Both the position numbers and the translations under genes were made by a program. From positions 96,001 to 160,000 of the forward strand of contig CAVWEH010000002.1 of the NCBI GenBank assembly GCA_963753975.1: a stretch of DNA of 64,000 nt, given 5' to 3'. This document shows, piece after piece, positions 43,525-53,455 of the stretch; the first letter of the stretch is position 1; each line of letters opens with the position of its first letter. Below the pieces are notes generated by a model. That model saw nothing but the letters and a program-made list of their open reading frames with translations. It had not been told where the DNA came from and did no database searches. Source of the DNA: an uncultured delta proteobacterium (GTDB taxonomy: Bacteria > Desulfobacterota > Syntrophia > Syntrophales > Smithellaceae).

Positions 43525-44076
43525 ATGCTTTATATAGCTCTTTTACATTATCCCGTATACGACAAAGATGGGAAAATTGTGACCACGACTATCGCTAATA
43601 TGGATATTCATGATATAGCCAGGTGCGCCAGGACCTATGATGTCAAAAGTTTTTATATAGTAAACCCAATATCCGCCCAACGGGGTTTGGCAAAAGATAT
43701 CATCAGCCACTGGCGGGATGGTTACGGAGCGAATTTCAATCCATCGCGTAAAGAAGCCTTTAAACTGGTTAGACTAAAGGAAAATATCGAAGAAGTTTTG
43801 ATGGAAATTGAAGGGAAAACGGGATCTGTCCCGAAAACGATTGTAACCGGAGCTAACTTGAAAGACGGGCTTTTATCCTTCACAGATCTAAAAAAATTAT
43901 TAAAAAATGAGGAATTGCCTTATCTTCTAATATTTGGTACAGGTTCCGGCATTGCTAAGGAATTGGTGAAAAAAGCGGATTACCGCCTGGAGCCGATAAT
44001 TGGAGCTAAAAAATATAATCATCTTGCCGTTCGTTCGGCGGCGGCTATAATATTGGATAGAATTATGGGTAACTAG
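43525..44076 (+). CDS. SPOUT-class RNA methyltransferase
   Basis: ALLHYPV, DIHDIAR, FGTG.G, YNHLAVRSA. Confidence 0.85.
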   Translation: MLYIALLHYPVYDKDGKIVTTTIANMDIHDIARCARTYDVKSFYIVNPISAQRGLAKDIISHWRDGYGANFNPSRKEAFKLVRLKENIEEVLMEIEGKTGSVPKTIVTGANLKDGLLSFTDLKKLLKNEELPYLLIFGTGSGIAKELVKKADYRLEPIIGAKKYNHLAVRSAAAIILDRIMGN

Positions 44077-44122
44077 CCTAAATTATTATATATAGGTTGA
44101 GGATTGCAGGAGGGAATGGAAA

Positions 44123-44473
44123 ATGAATATGGTGGAAATGATTGAAAAGGAACACATGAGAGGTGATATTCCCGGTTTCAAAACCGGTGATACGGTGAAA
44201 GTATACGTGCGCATTATTGAAGGTCAAAAACAGAGGATTCAGGCTTTTGAAGGTATAGTCATCCGCAAACGACGGGGCAACAGCCGGGCGAATTTTACGG
44301 TAAGAAAAGTCTCTTACGGTGTTGGCGTGGAAAGGACATTCCCTTTGCATTCGCCGATTATTGACCGGATTGAAGTTGTCAGCAAAGGGCAGGTGCGCCG
44401 TTCCCGTCTTTACTATTTGAGAAACTTAAGAGGCAAAAAGGCGAGGATTAAGGAAGCAACAAGCAGTAATTAA
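44123..44473 (+). CDS. rplS: 50S ribosomal protein L19
   Basis: GDTVKV, GVGVER, LYYLR. Confidence 0.98.
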   Translation: MNMVEMIEKEHMRGDIPGFKTGDTVKVYVRIIEGQKQRIQAFEGIVIRKRRGNSRANFTVRKVSYGVGVERTFPLHSPIIDRIEVVSKGQVRRSRLYYLRNLRGKKARIKEATSSN

Positions 44474-44549
44474 AAGTGGATTTTTTTATTTACGCTGATA
44501 TGCATTGAGTTTATGGTAAGGAAATATTAATCGTTGGTATCTATTGTCA

Positions 44550-45164
44550 ATGGATACTTTTGAAAAACTTGCCCACCATGAAGGATATAAGCAAATTGCC
44601 GGCATTGATGAAGCGGGCCGCGGACCACTGGCTGGCCCGGTCGTTTCTGCGGCGGTAATTTTTCCTATTGGCTATACGAATTCCGAAATACAAGACTCCA
44701 AGAAGCTTTCCGCGCACAAGAGAGAAGAACTCTATGATATAATTATAAGTGAAGCAATTACCGTCGGCGTGGGAGTCACCGACGCAGAAATAATTGATAG
44801 AGTCAATATTCTGCAAGCAACTTTTTTGGCTATGCGCGAGGCTGTACGGGAGCTTTCCCTACCGCCGGATTTTCTCTTAATAGACGGTCTTCATTGTATC
44901 CCCATAGAAATCCCGCAAAAACCGCTGGTAAAAGGAGACAACCTAAGCATCTCGATCGCCGCGGCATCGATCATTGCCAAAGTATCTCGCGACCGGATTA
45001 TGGAAATCTACCATCGTCAATTTCCCCAGTATAATTTTTTGCGAAATAAGGGTTATGGTACCAAAGAACACTGCAATGCCGTAAAAGAATTCGGCCTGTG
45101 TAAAATTCATCGCAGGTCATTCCATATCAAACATTTAAATCAAACGACCTTGGATTTATTTTAA
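44550..45164 (+). CDS. rnhB: Ribonuclease HII
   Basis: DEAGRGPLAGPV, DSKKL, KGYGT. Confidence 0.97.
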   Translation: MDTFEKLAHHEGYKQIAGIDEAGRGPLAGPVVSAAVIFPIGYTNSEIQDSKKLSAHKREELYDIIISEAITVGVGVTDAEIIDRVNILQATFLAMREAVRELSLPPDFLLIDGLHCIPIEIPQKPLVKGDNLSISIAAASIIAKVSRDRIMEIYHRQFPQYNFLRNKGYGTKEHCNAVKEFGLCKIHRRSFHIKHLNQTTLDLF

Positions 45165-45169
45165 GTAAA

Positions 45170-45544
45170 ATGAAAGATAAGACAAAAATTACTACGGGAA
45201 AGGAAGGCGAAAAAATCGCCGCTAATTTTCTGAAGAAAAACGGCTACCGGATTATCGATAAAAATTTCCGTTGCCCTCTGGGTGAAATAGATATAGTGGC
45301 GCGGGAAAAAGGTGCGATTGTATTCGTCGAAGTAAAAACCAGAAAATCAAGCAAATTAGGTTATCCCGAACAAGCTGTCGGAATAAAAAAACAAAAAAAG
45401 ATGTCTCAATTGGCTTTGTGGTTTATGCAAAAGGAAAAATTTATCGATACCAGCGCACGGTTTGACGTGGTGGCCATAACAATGCTTTCTTCCGGAAACG
45501 AAATTAAACTTTTTAAAAACGCTTTTGACTATATTGGTTCTTAG
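45170..45544 (+). CDS. YraN family protein
   Basis: GEIDIV, FVEVK, RFDVV. Confidence 0.92.
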   Translation: MKDKTKITTGKEGEKIAANFLKKNGYRIIDKNFRCPLGEIDIVAREKGAIVFVEVKTRKSSKLGYPEQAVGIKKQKKMSQLALWFMQKEKFIDTSARFDVVAITMLSSGNEIKLFKNAFDYIGS

Positions 45545-46935
45545 GAATTGTTTTCGGTCTGAAAATGGCTCAAAGCCGGTTTACCGATAGGATAAACATT
45601 AAAGCCCAGGCTAAAACATTTCTTGTGGTCGACGATATTTCGTCCATCGAAAAGGAAGGCCGGTTTAACCATAGACTTGTATATTTTCCGAAAATCCAAT
45701 TTTCGGTATAAATCCCAATCGGTAAGAATGGCTAAGGCATGACAGCCGGCGGCGGCGCGGTAGGGGTCTTCAATGTATTTTACACTCCCTTTGACGCCGG
45801 CAAGGTCGATAGCAGCGTTTTTCAGAGCTTGGGGATCGGAGATAATGACTTCAGCGTGTTCCGCAAGCAGTTGGCGCGTAATATAAATGGCCGGACTTTC
45901 TCTGGTATCGCCGGTATTGGCTTTAAAAGCAAATCCCAGAATGCAAATCTTTTTCTCGGCTAGGGTATTAAACATGCTGCGCAGGATGTTCGCTATAAAG
46001 CGGTCCTGCTGGTACTCATTTATTTTCACAACACTTTCCCAATAATCGGCTACTTCCTGTAGCCCGTAATAACCGCATAGATAGACAAGATTTAAGATGT
46101 CTTTTTTGAAACAGGAACCGCCGAATCCTATCCCTGCTTGGAGAAATTTACTGCCTACTCGGCTGTCCATTCCCACAGCTTTGGCGACTTCCGCAATATC
46201 GGCATCGGTTTTTTCACAAAGAGCGGAAATCGAATTAATGGATGAAACACGCTGAGCTAGAAAAGCGTTGGCTACCAGCTTGGATAACTCAGCGCTCCAG
46301 ATATTGGAGGTGATTATTTTTTCTTTTGGAACCCATCTGGAGTAGATATTTACCAATTCCTGACGAGCTTTTAAGCCGTTTCTTGTTTCATGGGAACCGA
46401 TGAGCACGCGATCGGGATTTTCCAAATCTTCAATGGCTGTGCCTTCGGCCAAAAATTCCGGATTGGATAGAACATCAAATATAATTTTTCCCTTTGTTGA
46501 ATTGAGAATTTTTTCCATGGCCAGGGCGGTTTTCACGGGCAGAGTGCTTTTTTCAATTACAATTTTCGATGATTGGGAATTTTCCCGAATTTGCCGGGCT
46601 GTTTTTTCCCAGTATTGTAAATCTGCGGCCATGCCCGCACCGGTGCCGAATGTTTTCGTCGGAGTATTGACGCTAACAAAAATGATGTTATTTTCTTTGA
46701 TCTGTTTTTCAATATCTTTGACGAAGAATAAGTTTTTACCGCGGGTTTTTTTTATAATTTTGTCCAACCCCGGTTCATAAACGGGAAGTTCATTGGAATT
46801 CCAGGCGTCAATGCGTTCGTGATTAATGTCCACTACGGTTACTTTGCAATCGGGGCATTTATAGGCTATCATGGCCATCGAAGGGCCTCCGACATAACCG
46901 GCCCCGATACAAAGTATCTTCTTTTTGAATTTCAT
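45541..46935 (-). CDS. ugd: UDP-glucose 6-dehydrogenase
   Basis: GAGYVG, NPEFLAEG, GFGGSCF. Confidence 0.93.
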   Translation of the reverse strand: MKFKKKILCIGAGYVGGPSMAMIAYKCPDCKVTVVDINHERIDAWNSNELPVYEPGLDKIIKKTRGKNLFFVKDIEKQIKENNIIFVSVNTPTKTFGTGAGMAADLQYWEKTARQIRENSQSSKIVIEKSTLPVKTALAMEKILNSTKGKIIFDVLSNPEFLAEGTAIEDLENPDRVLIGSHETRNGLKARQELVNIYSRWVPKEKIITSNIWSAELSKLVANAFLAQRVSSINSISALCEKTDADIAEVAKAVGMDSRVGSKFLQAGIGFGGSCFKKDILNLVYLCGYYGLQEVADYWESVVKINEYQQDRFIANILRSMFNTLAEKKICILGFAFKANTGDTRESPAIYITRQLLAEHAEVIISDPQALKNAAIDLAGVKGSVKYIEDPYRAAAGCHALAILTDWDLYRKLDFRKIYKSMVKPAFLFDGRNIVDHKKCFSLGFNVYPIGKPALSHFQTENNS

Positions 46936-46958
46936 TTCACTAATAAAGCCTCCGCAAG

Positions 46959-47903
46959 TTAAATATGCTTTAGAATATTACGAAAATACTCGATTGTGTT
47001 TTTCAAACCTTTTTCCAAATCCACTTGGGGTTTCCATCCCAGTTTCTTTCCGGCTAGAGCTATATCCGGCTTGCGTTGAATGGGATCATCCATGGTAGGC
47101 AGATGGAAAACAATCTTCGAGCTGCTTTTTGTCAGTCTAATTATTAATCGCGCCAATTCCAGAATGGTAAATTCTACGGTGTTGCCGAGGTTGACCGGGC
47201 CGTAAAAATCATCAGCACAGTTCATCATTCGGATTAATCCTTCCACCATATCCTCCACGTAACAAAAGGATCGGGTATGACTGCCGTCCCCGTAAACGGT
47301 AATATCCGAGCCCTGCAGGGCTTGAATAATGAAATTGCTGACAACGCGGCCGTCATTAATTGCCATGCGCGGCCCGTAAGTGTTAAAAATACGAACTATT
47401 TTTGTGTTGACGCCGTTTTGCCTGCGGTAGTCCATCATCAGGCATTCCGCAGCTCTTTTCCCTTCATCATAACAACTGCGAATCCCGATAGGATTGACGC
47501 GTCCCCAGTATGATTCTCTTTGCGGATGCATTTCGGGATCACCATAAACTTCCGAAGTGGAAGCCTGTAGAATTTTTGCTTTAGCCCGCTTGGCAATACC
47601 CAGGACGTTGATCACTCCGATGACGTTAGCTTTGATTGTTTTAATCGGGTTGAGTTGATAATGTACCGGTGATGCCGGACAAGCCAGGTTATATATCTCA
47701 TCGACTTCCAGATAAACGGGATTGATTATATCATGGCGAATTAGCTCAAAATGCGGATTACTCAAAAAAAAGGCTATATTATCCTTATTACCCGTATAAA
47801 AATTATCCAGACAAACGATGTCGTTATCATCGTTTAGCAGCCTCTCACAAAGATGAGAGCCTAAAAATCCGGCACCGCCGGTAATTAATATACGCTTTAT
47901 CAT
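46959..47903 (-). CDS. UDP-glucuronate decarboxylase
   Basis: ACPASP, STSEVYG, YDEGKR, FNTYGP. Confidence 0.92.
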   Translation of the reverse strand: MIKRILITGGAGFLGSHLCERLLNDDNDIVCLDNFYTGNKDNIAFFLSNPHFELIRHDIINPVYLEVDEIYNLACPASPVHYQLNPIKTIKANVIGVINVLGIAKRAKAKILQASTSEVYGDPEMHPQRESYWGRVNPIGIRSCYDEGKRAAECLMMDYRRQNGVNTKIVRIFNTYGPRMAINDGRVVSNFIIQALQGSDITVYGDGSHTRSFCYVEDMVEGLIRMMNCADDFYGPVNLGNTVEFTILELARLIIRLTKSSSKIVFHLPTMDDPIQRKPDIALAGKKLGWKPQVDLEKGLKNTIEYFRNILKHI

Positions 47904-48003
47904 ATAATTTTATTATTCATTGTGGTAATTATCTTGTGGTTTTGCTATTAAACTTAAACCGGCCTCAGATGTCAACTTAAAAATATATTTTGTGCGGATT
48001 TTT

Positions 48004-48873
48004 ATGGCGGAAAAAACAGGTATAAAAAAAGGGACTCTATATGTTGTTGCCACCCCCATCGGAAATCTCGAAGATATTTCCCTGCGGGCAATCCGCATAC
48101 TGAGAGAGGTCGACCTCGTTGCCGCCGAAGACACTCGCCGTACGAAGAAATTGCTTAATGCTTATAAAATATCAACGCCCCTGATTAGTTTGCATGAGCA
48201 CAATGAGAAGGAAAAAACCGAACTGATCATTTTCAAAATAAATTCCGGAATGAATGTGGCTTATGTGTCCGATGCCGGTACTCCCTGCATTTCTGACCCC
48301 GGTCATTATCTGATAGGTTTCGCGCACGCTGAAAATATCAGAGTCATCCCCGTTCCGGGGCCATCCGCGGTAATTACCGCTCTAAGTGCCTCCGGTTTTT
48401 CCGCGGATAGTTTTTTGTTTTGCGGCTTTTTGCCTGCGCGCGAAAATAAAAGACGAGAATTTATGAAATCTCTGAAAGATGAGGAAAGAACAATTGTTTT
48501 TTATGAATCACCCATGAGGGTTTGCGACTCGCTGAAAACTTTGCAGCAGGTGCTGGGCGACAGGGAAATAGTTCTGGCGCGCGAACTAACCAAAGTATTT
48601 GAAGAAGTTAAAAGAGATAAAATATCGGAGTTTATTATTCGCAAAACAAAATTTAAAGGAGAGATCACAATAATTATCAAGGGCGGACAAAAAAACCCGA
48701 TCGCTTTAACTGATGCAGAAATAATAAACAAGCTAAAGTCATCCTTAAAAAATAAGCACTTATCAATGCGCGATGCAGTGGCCGAAGTTGTAAACCAAAC
48801 AGGTGTGTCCAAAAAAAAGGTTTATGATCTTGCACTCAGGCTTCGTTTGGGAGAAAAGCTACTGAAAGGGTAG
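48004..48873 (+). CDS. rsmI: 16S rRNA C1402 2'-O-methyltransferase
   Basis: ATPIGNL, EDTR, SDAGTP, RELTK. Confidence 0.97.
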   Translation: MAEKTGIKKGTLYVVATPIGNLEDISLRAIRILREVDLVAAEDTRRTKKLLNAYKISTPLISLHEHNEKEKTELIIFKINSGMNVAYVSDAGTPCISDPGHYLIGFAHAENIRVIPVPGPSAVITALSASGFSADSFLFCGFLPARENKRREFMKSLKDEERTIVFYESPMRVCDSLKTLQQVLGDREIVLARELTKVFEEVKRDKISEFIIRKTKFKGEITIIIKGGQKNPIALTDAEIINKLKSSLKNKHLSMRDAVAEVVNQTGVSKKKVYDLALRLRLGEKLLKG

Positions 48874-48945
48874 GTAATGTGTTTAAAATAAAAGTGCAGG
48901 AGAGAATACCCGCACTTTCATTTTTTATCGCTTTCTTTTGCGGCG

Positions 48946-49995
48946 TTACACCTTCAAAGTATTTAGTCTAGCCAAGGTGCCTTCCGTCTCACTGATGATA
49001 CGACTTATAAGTTCTTTTGTAGTGGGTATATCCGTGATACCGCCGCAGCACTGGCCGGCAAAAAGAATACCGCCTTCGACATCGCCTTCGTTCAGGGCCT
49101 TCAGATGCTTCATATTTCCTACAGCCTGACGGGCGAGCACCATAAGCGGATGACCATCTTCGTCTCTTAACATTTCGATGCTAACACCCATAAATTTCCA
49201 AAAGGATAGATTCATCAGGCGTTTGACCAGAAGCGCTCCCTTGATCGCTTCGACAAGCGGAAAGCCGCGTTTCATCATTGCTTGGGCTTCCTTTGTTTTC
49301 AGCACACGGCCGTCCATTCCATCGAACACATTGTCGTAGAGCGTGTCCTGCTCCGTCGCCTGGAGGCATAAGCGCTTGAAATTCTCATGAACCATGCTTT
49401 CTTTGACCACCATAAAACGGCTGCCCATGGAAATACCGTCCGCCCCTAAGGCCAATGCCGCCGCCAGTCCCCGGCCGTCGTAAAATCCTCCCGCCGCAAT
49501 TATTGGCACCTTCACCATGCCGGCCACTAGAGGAATCAGAACCATGGAGGTAGCCGCCGCGCCATGCGCCGCTGCTTCATGACCAGTTACGACCAAGGCA
49601 TCACAACCCAACTGCACAGCCTTTGCGGCGTGTTTGGCTATGGCAATCGTTCCTACTACTTTCCCTCCATAGGCATGCACATCGTTGACAAACCAGGGCT
49701 TACCCAGCGAATAATTAATGATGGGCACCTTTTCTTCAATCGCCACGGCAATATTTTCCTTTGCTCCGGGACCGACCAAAATCTGATTTATCCCGAAGGG
49801 TTTATCGGTTAGGTCTCTAATTTTGCGGATATTTTCTTTTGTTTCCTTGGGAGTACATCGCGCTATAGCCAGTATGCCCAGTCCTCCGGCATTGCATACC
49901 GCTGAAACCAGTTTCGGCTCTGTAATCCAATTCATGCCGGCGAGCATAATCGGATGCTCAATTCCAAACATCTTAGTCATTCTTGTTTTGAACAT
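48946..49995 (-). CDS. Nitronate monooxygenase / FabK-like flavoprotein
   Basis: PI.LAGM, PFGIN, AAGG, GSRF, AGQ. Confidence 0.85.
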   Translation of the reverse strand: MFKTRMTKMFGIEHPIMLAGMNWITEPKLVSAVCNAGGLGILAIARCTPKETKENIRKIRDLTDKPFGINQILVGPGAKENIAVAIEEKVPIINYSLGKPWFVNDVHAYGGKVVGTIAIAKHAAKAVQLGCDALVVTGHEAAAHGAAATSMVLIPLVAGMVKVPIIAAGGFYDGRGLAAALALGADGISMGSRFMVVKESMVHENFKRLCLQATEQDTLYDNVFDGMDGRVLKTKEAQAMMKRGFPLVEAIKGALLVKRLMNLSFWKFMGVSIEMLRDEDGHPLMVLARQAVGNMKHLKALNEGDVEGGILFAGQCCGGITDIPTTKELISRIISETEGTLARLNTLKV

Positions 49996-50310
49996 AATCT
50001 TCTCCTTAATATTTCTTGTCGAAACAGCATAGGAGAACAGCATTCACATGTCAAAGTAATTTTAATGAAGCCATAAGTATCTTGATTGAATATCTTATAG
50101 AAATGCCCAAAAATTATGGACAAAACAATAATAAAATAATTTGCGGTACCGGCATTTTAGGGACAAAGCAATTGTCGAGGTCGTCCCCCCATATCAGGTA
50201 TGGGGCAGGCTGCATAGAGATAGAGGCGCGACACCTGCTCGATACAAAGCCACAGAAGCCGTGTTGCCGCTAAAAATGGTCATCATAATTCTGTATGATA
50301 ATTAAAAAGT

Positions 50311-50343
50311 AAAAAGGGGCCAGAAAACTGACCCCTTTTTTTT
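50311..50343. terminator. Bidirectional terminator
   Basis: AAAAAGGGGCCAG-AAAA-CTGACCCCTTTTT. Confidence 0.7.
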
Positions 50344-50365
50344 AAAATTTGATTCAGTAATTGTG

Positions 50366-50884
50366 CTACTTGGCTTTTGCGGCTCTTTTCATTGCCATCG
50401 CGGTTACGATTTTGTAGATGCCCATTAAGCCGAGAATAGCTAACCCGCCGCCGATGAGCGTAATTGCAATCCATAAATACGGAGCCGTTTTGCTATTCGG
50501 GTTGGGAACGTAGATGGCTATACCGGAGGCGATGTAGAAAAAGAAGGTGTAAATGTTCACTGCCATCGGAATCATTTCACCGAAAGCGACGATGATATAA
50601 ACTACGAGCAGAATAAAGAATATTTTTGCCACGGACATTCCTATGCTGGGTCCAACGTTAAGGACGAAAAACTTAGTTAGAATCAGGCAAATAATTCCGA
50701 CGGAGCCGCCCACCAGGATCGGGAGAGCTGTTTTCTTATCACCATGGGCCATCAGGAAGAAAGCCATGGCCAAGAATGCCGGCCAGAAAACTATATGAAG
50801 TTCCTCCGCTACTACTTCACCTATTGCCACTAGAATAATTAGAAACAATCCGAAAATAAGTCTGTTTTTGTCAAACTTGACCAT
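50366..50884 (-). CDS. Hypothetical multi-pass membrane protein
   Basis: Six hydrophobic segments, WPAF motif, GGAGG RBS. Confidence 0.8.
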   Translation of the reverse strand: MVKFDKNRLIFGLFLIILVAIGEVVAEELHIVFWPAFLAMAFFLMAHGDKKTALPILVGGSVGIICLILTKFFVLNVGPSIGMSVAKIFFILLVVYIIVAFGEMIPMAVNIYTFFFYIASGIAIYVPNPNSKTAPYLWIAITLIGGGLAILGLMGIYKIVTAMAMKRAAKAK

Positions 50885-51159
50885 AATCTTGCCCTCCTAG
50901 TTTTTTTAAAATTTCTCAAGGACTATTTCTTGAGTTTTAACGACGGGGGGATAAATATCACGTCTGAAGCAGAGCATCAACCTATTTTAATGTACTCTGT
51001 TTTCTTAATACAGGTAAGTAACTTTGCCTGTGGATAAAATCGATCTAAGGAAAACGTATTTGAATGATTGCGCGAATTGCTCCGGCAGGAAATATTGTTG
51101 CACAGCTTGATGCTTTTTAGTTGCGTTAACATCGAGGTATTGGGTCTCTTTTTCGCAAT

Positions 51160-51204
51160 AAAAGGGCAAGGTTCCCTCGCTGGAAAAAGAGGGAGCCTTG
51201 CCTG
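51160..51204 (-). terminator. Intrinsic terminator of the acyl-CoA ligase gene
   Basis: GGCAAGGCTCCCTC...GAGGGAACCTTGCC followed by TTTT on the minus strand. Confidence 0.75.
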
Positions 51205-51214
51205 TTAAGCGGTC

Positions 51215-52720
51215 TTACTTCATTTTCCTCAATTCCTTCTTCAGAATCTTGCCCACCAGCGTTTTGGGGAGGGCAGACATGATAACGATTTCCTTGGGGA
51301 CGAAGAATTTCTTAAGCTTGCCTGCGCAGTACTCTTTGATTTCTTCCGGTGTTGCCGGTTGCCCAGGTTTCAATGTCACACAGGCCTTGATATCTTCGCC
51401 ATAGACCGGGTCCTTGATGCCGATTACAGCTGCCTCAGCTATGCCGGGGTGAGCGTAAAGGACTTCCTCAATTGTCCGTGGGGAAATGTTTTCCCCTCCC
51501 TTGATGATGATGTCTTTTTTGCGATCCGTGATAAAAAAGTAGCCATCCTTATCAATGTGACCTATATCGCCCGTATGGAGCCAGCCGTTCTTAATTACCT
51601 CGGCTGTCGCCTCGGGCAGTTTCCAGTAGCCTTTCATAACCATTGGCCCGCGGAGAACGATTTCACCCTCTTGACCTTGGGGTACCTCCTTGTCATTGTC
51701 ATCAAATATCTTTATCTCCATTCCCTTCATGGGGAGGCCTATGGAGCCGGGCTTTTTCACGGCTACATGGGCTTGACCGGAATTGACGGCCCCGGCTTCG
51801 GTTAAGCCCCAGCCTTCGCCGATTTCGCCCCCGAATTTTTCCTTGAACTGTTTCCATGTATCCACGGACAGCGGCGCCGAGCCGCAAACCCAATTCCAAA
51901 CAGAGCTTACGTCATATTTGGCGGCATCCGGATACATGAGCATATAGATATACATGGTCGGAACAGCCGGGACACTCTGAACTTTATATTTTTGAATGTT
52001 GGAGAAAAGTTGTTCGAGATTGAACTGGCGCATAATGACGACCTTGCCGTGATAACGGAGGAAGGCGCCGTTCATCATGCCGACCCCGAAAGAATGGCAA
52101 AGTGGCAAAACGGCAACGGTAACCAGATCCTGCGGAAGGTTGGTCGTCTCCTGCTGGCATTTGGCAACATAATAAAGACCGTAATGTGTGAGCATGACCC
52201 CCTTCGGGGTACCCGTTGTTCCGGATGTATAGATAAGTGCTGCAACATCAGAATCAGCAGTTTTTACAATATCAAGCTTATCTGAATTTTCTTCAATAAG
52301 CTTATTAAAGGGATGTGTACCTTCATGCTCTTTGTCGGAAACCAGGATGATGTTTTTGACAGAGGTAACTTTGGATTGGGCTATCTTTACTTTGTCGAGA
52401 TGCTCAGGGGAGGTAATGATTGTGTTTGCTCCGCTATCCTTATAAATGTAATTGATTTCTTCCTGACCAACAAGATAGTTGATCGGGACGGCGACGGCGC
52501 CTATTTTCCAGATGGCCTGAAAGGCCTGGAGGACTTCCGGGCAGTTCTGCATCTGCATGATTACACGGTCACTCTTTTTCACCCCCAATTTTTTGAGAGC
52601 ATTGCCCAGTTTCTTAGCGTCACGGTCCATCTCCATGTTCGTTATCTGCTGCCCCTCGAAGATATAACTAACATGTTCTCCTACTTCTTGATTTTTTAAA
52701 GCTAATTCAGCGATGTTCAT
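51215..52720 (-). CDS. Long-chain acyl-CoA ligase (FadD-like)
   Basis: YTSGTTGTPKG, GWGLTE, HTGD, DRKKD, GKILK. Confidence 0.92.
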   Translation of the reverse strand: MNIAELALKNQEVGEHVSYIFEGQQITNMEMDRDAKKLGNALKKLGVKKSDRVIMQMQNCPEVLQAFQAIWKIGAVAVPINYLVGQEEINYIYKDSGANTIITSPEHLDKVKIAQSKVTSVKNIILVSDKEHEGTHPFNKLIEENSDKLDIVKTADSDVAALIYTSGTTGTPKGVMLTHYGLYYVAKCQQETTNLPQDLVTVAVLPLCHSFGVGMMNGAFLRYHGKVVIMRQFNLEQLFSNIQKYKVQSVPAVPTMYIYMLMYPDAAKYDVSSVWNWVCGSAPLSVDTWKQFKEKFGGEIGEGWGLTEAGAVNSGQAHVAVKKPGSIGLPMKGMEIKIFDDNDKEVPQGQEGEIVLRGPMVMKGYWKLPEATAEVIKNGWLHTGDIGHIDKDGYFFITDRKKDIIIKGGENISPRTIEEVLYAHPGIAEAAVIGIKDPVYGEDIKACVTLKPGQPATPEEIKEYCAGKLKKFFVPKEIVIMSALPKTLVGKILKKELRKMK

Positions 52721-53455
52721 CTAGGTATTACCTCCTTATAGATTATGGCCATCTCACCCGTTTCAGGGAAGGGATGAGATAAATGCTAAGCTTATGCTAA
52801 ATTGCTTTTCTAGATCGAATTCATTTCAATTTCAGTTTATTGAAGACCTGTTGAGCGACATCAGTACACCGGTTCGATCTATGTCCAGTTGTGACATCTG
52901 ATCAGGGCATTTTACCACCGGAAAGGGCAACATCTTAGGGAGCTTACCGACGATCGCCTCTCAGAAGCATCCCTTGATAACTGCATTCAAAAACTTGAAT
53001 GACCGGTCGGCAGGTGTCACCTTGGGAAATGAGTCTTTTAAATTATGACGATTCAGACGCCCTGCGTATTTTTTATTGCAGAGAAGTACGAATTAATTAA
53101 TTATAATGACTACTTAAAACAAGAGCGAAAGAAAGGCTTTCATTAACTTCACTGCGAATACGTAGTTACCACAAGCAAAGGGCGAAGTCAATTCTAACCG
53201 GAGATTCACTGCAAGATAAATGGCAACATTTTTCGGTTCATTAACCAGCGTTTTTCAATAGTCAAGGGGGAGACTGACTCTCATTGTTTTTTGCATAAAA
53301 ATTATTGACAAATATCTATTGTCTTAATTAGATTTACGCGTTTTATTAGTTGCAACGCTCCAGTTGGATTTAATTTAAAGATGCCTCACGCTGGCCGCTG
53401 TGAGCGGATTTTTCGCGAACGCAGATAAACTTTCCGGAGATAGTGCTTAATATCG

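Noticed and set aside
50185..50210. Short hairpin CCCCATATCAGGTATGGGGCAGGC as another REP family
   Set aside because: Single copy in the window; cannot be supported as a repeat
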